DNA from: Phoronis australis
Taxonomy: Eukaryota > Animalia > Phoronida
Direction of reading: 5' to 3'
Assembly (NCBI GenBank): GCA_002633005.1
Contig: NMRA01000537.1
Span: 231,935 to 295,934, forward strand
Length of the DNA stretch: 64,000 nucleotides
The notes beneath the pieces were generated by a model. It was not told the DNA's origin. It ran no database searches and saw only the letters and a program-made list of their open reading frames with translations. Shown here piece by piece: positions 62,795-64,000 of the stretch; position 1 is the stretch's first letter, and each line of letters opens with the position of its first letter. A program made the translations under genes and the position numbers.

Positions 62795-63734
62795 TTAAAA
62801 TGGGAAAGCCGACACCGCTATATGTAGGATAAATGTAATCTTATACATTATGTTCTGCCTGTAGCTGTCGTAGGACTCCGCTCTCACTTTGAGCTGGTAC
62901 GTTTCTTTCTGCAACAGAGGGCGCAGCGTGTACACAATTCCTTTACCACCATCGTCCTTGATTGAGAACGGAATACTTCTATCATTCTCGACGATGGTGA
63001 ATGTCGTTTGGTCTAACATCCTGTTGTGCTGGTCGTAGGCAATGAGACGAATCAGGTCTTGATACGCAGGGATGCCACTAGGTAGCGACACTACCCTGAA
63101 CTCCACAATATCAGCGTACTTAGAATTGGCCGGGCATGGTCCATTGTATCGTGAACATGGTAAAACACACAACCTGGAACAAAGATGACATGAACCTGAT
63201 ACACGCATTAATTCACAAGTAACCATCGGCCAATAGAAAAATATAGAACACATTATGTTACTAAACCATGAAGTAAAGGGCATTCCTACTTGAATATCTA
63301 TGGTACATATTATCATCTGACTAGTGGATCTCAGGACTGCAGCTTCCCCGAATTGAAACACGCAAAGGAAAAAAAATCCCGAATGTAGCACGTGTATTCT
63401 GTCAGCAGCTCCCACAGCGTAGCCCTATCACTGAGTACATTAGTCTGTCGACAGGTGTTAACTCAAAACGTTTAAAACTCCTGCAATTATTATAGCAACA
63501 TCTAATCGGAATGAATTAATGCTCACAAATGGAGATTTGCTTAAGATGCCTAATTTTTGGACACATTAGACAAAAAAAAACAAGAGGCTATATTTTGTTA
63601 TCTTCACCTTGTATCTGGATCACGGATGTAGTTTGTGGGGCAGGGCGTATGAATACACTCAAAGTCACCCCTCTTGTTGAAGCACAGGCTGTCAGGACCA
63701 CACTGCACATTCTGTTCCTTACACTCATCAATAT
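62795..63734 (-). CDS. HMCN1: Hemicentin (fibulin-6 family), last two exons: cbEGF domain plus fibulin C-terminal module
   Basis: Exon 63734-63608 reads DIDECKEQNVQCGPDSLCFNKRGDFECIHTPCPTNYIRDPDT. Exon 63173-62795 reads LCVLPC...VEFRVVSLPSGIPAYQDLIRLIAYDQ...KGIVYTLRPL...TFILHIAVSAFPF*. Both closely resemble the hemicentin C-terminus. The gene continues beyond the window end. Confidence 0.9.
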
Positions 63735-64000
63735 CTGAAAGTTAACACCAAATATAGCGTCAACAAAAATCAATCAAAATTATACTTTGGTACAGTTATG
63801 CCAAGAATTGTATGATGACATTTGGCTTACCTCGAAATCCAAGTGCTGCCGGGTGGTTTTGGTAATTGGCACATCCCAGGGGCGGATCCTGGATTTTGCG
63901 TTGGGGGGCCAGGGCAGAGAATAGCCAGGATTTTGCCCATCAAACATTCAAACACCCGCACTGCCAAACGGAATCTGGGAGAATTTTAGGGGAGCCATGA

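Noticed and set aside
63826-63880. Additional hemicentin exon ending at a GTAAG-like donor
   Set aside because: The translation is not EGF-like and the adjacent sequence is a MITE end; the next true exon is probably outside the window.

Overview
This is AT-rich, intron-rich animal genomic DNA, most likely from a bilaterian invertebrate; it is not prokaryotic, and most entries in the ORF track are spurious. By hand-tracing GT-AG exons I can reconstruct four spliced genes. (1) The 3' part of a divergent STAT transcription factor (+, 11 exons, 265-14109), covering the DNA-binding domain, linker, SH2, phospho-Tyr tail and a Ser/Thr-rich C-terminus. (2) A complete procollagen galactosyltransferase COLGALT/GLT25D (-, 13 exons, 43267-18848, about 633 aa, ending HDEL). 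(3) A complete ABHD16A/BAT5 phosphatidylserine lipase (+, 17 exons, 43740-59321, about 533 aa), head-to-head with COLGALT with only 472 bp between the ATGs. (4) The last two exons of hemicentin (-, 63734-62795). The introns hold many non-autonomous DNA transposons (hAT-like with 5- and 6-bp TSDs, Harbinger-like, Merlin-like, TTAA-flanked, Helentron-associated), short tandem repeats, one N gap and two single-N joins that look like haplotype overlaps. I see no CRISPR array, rRNA, intact tRNA or autonomous transposase. The most notable points are the altered STAT DNA-contact and SH2 loops, a tandemly duplicated terminal exon of ABHD16A that keeps the catalytic His, a triplicated STAT splice acceptor, possible proto-MHC-type linkage of COLGALT, ABHD16A and HMCN, and an apparently polymorphic transposon insertion.
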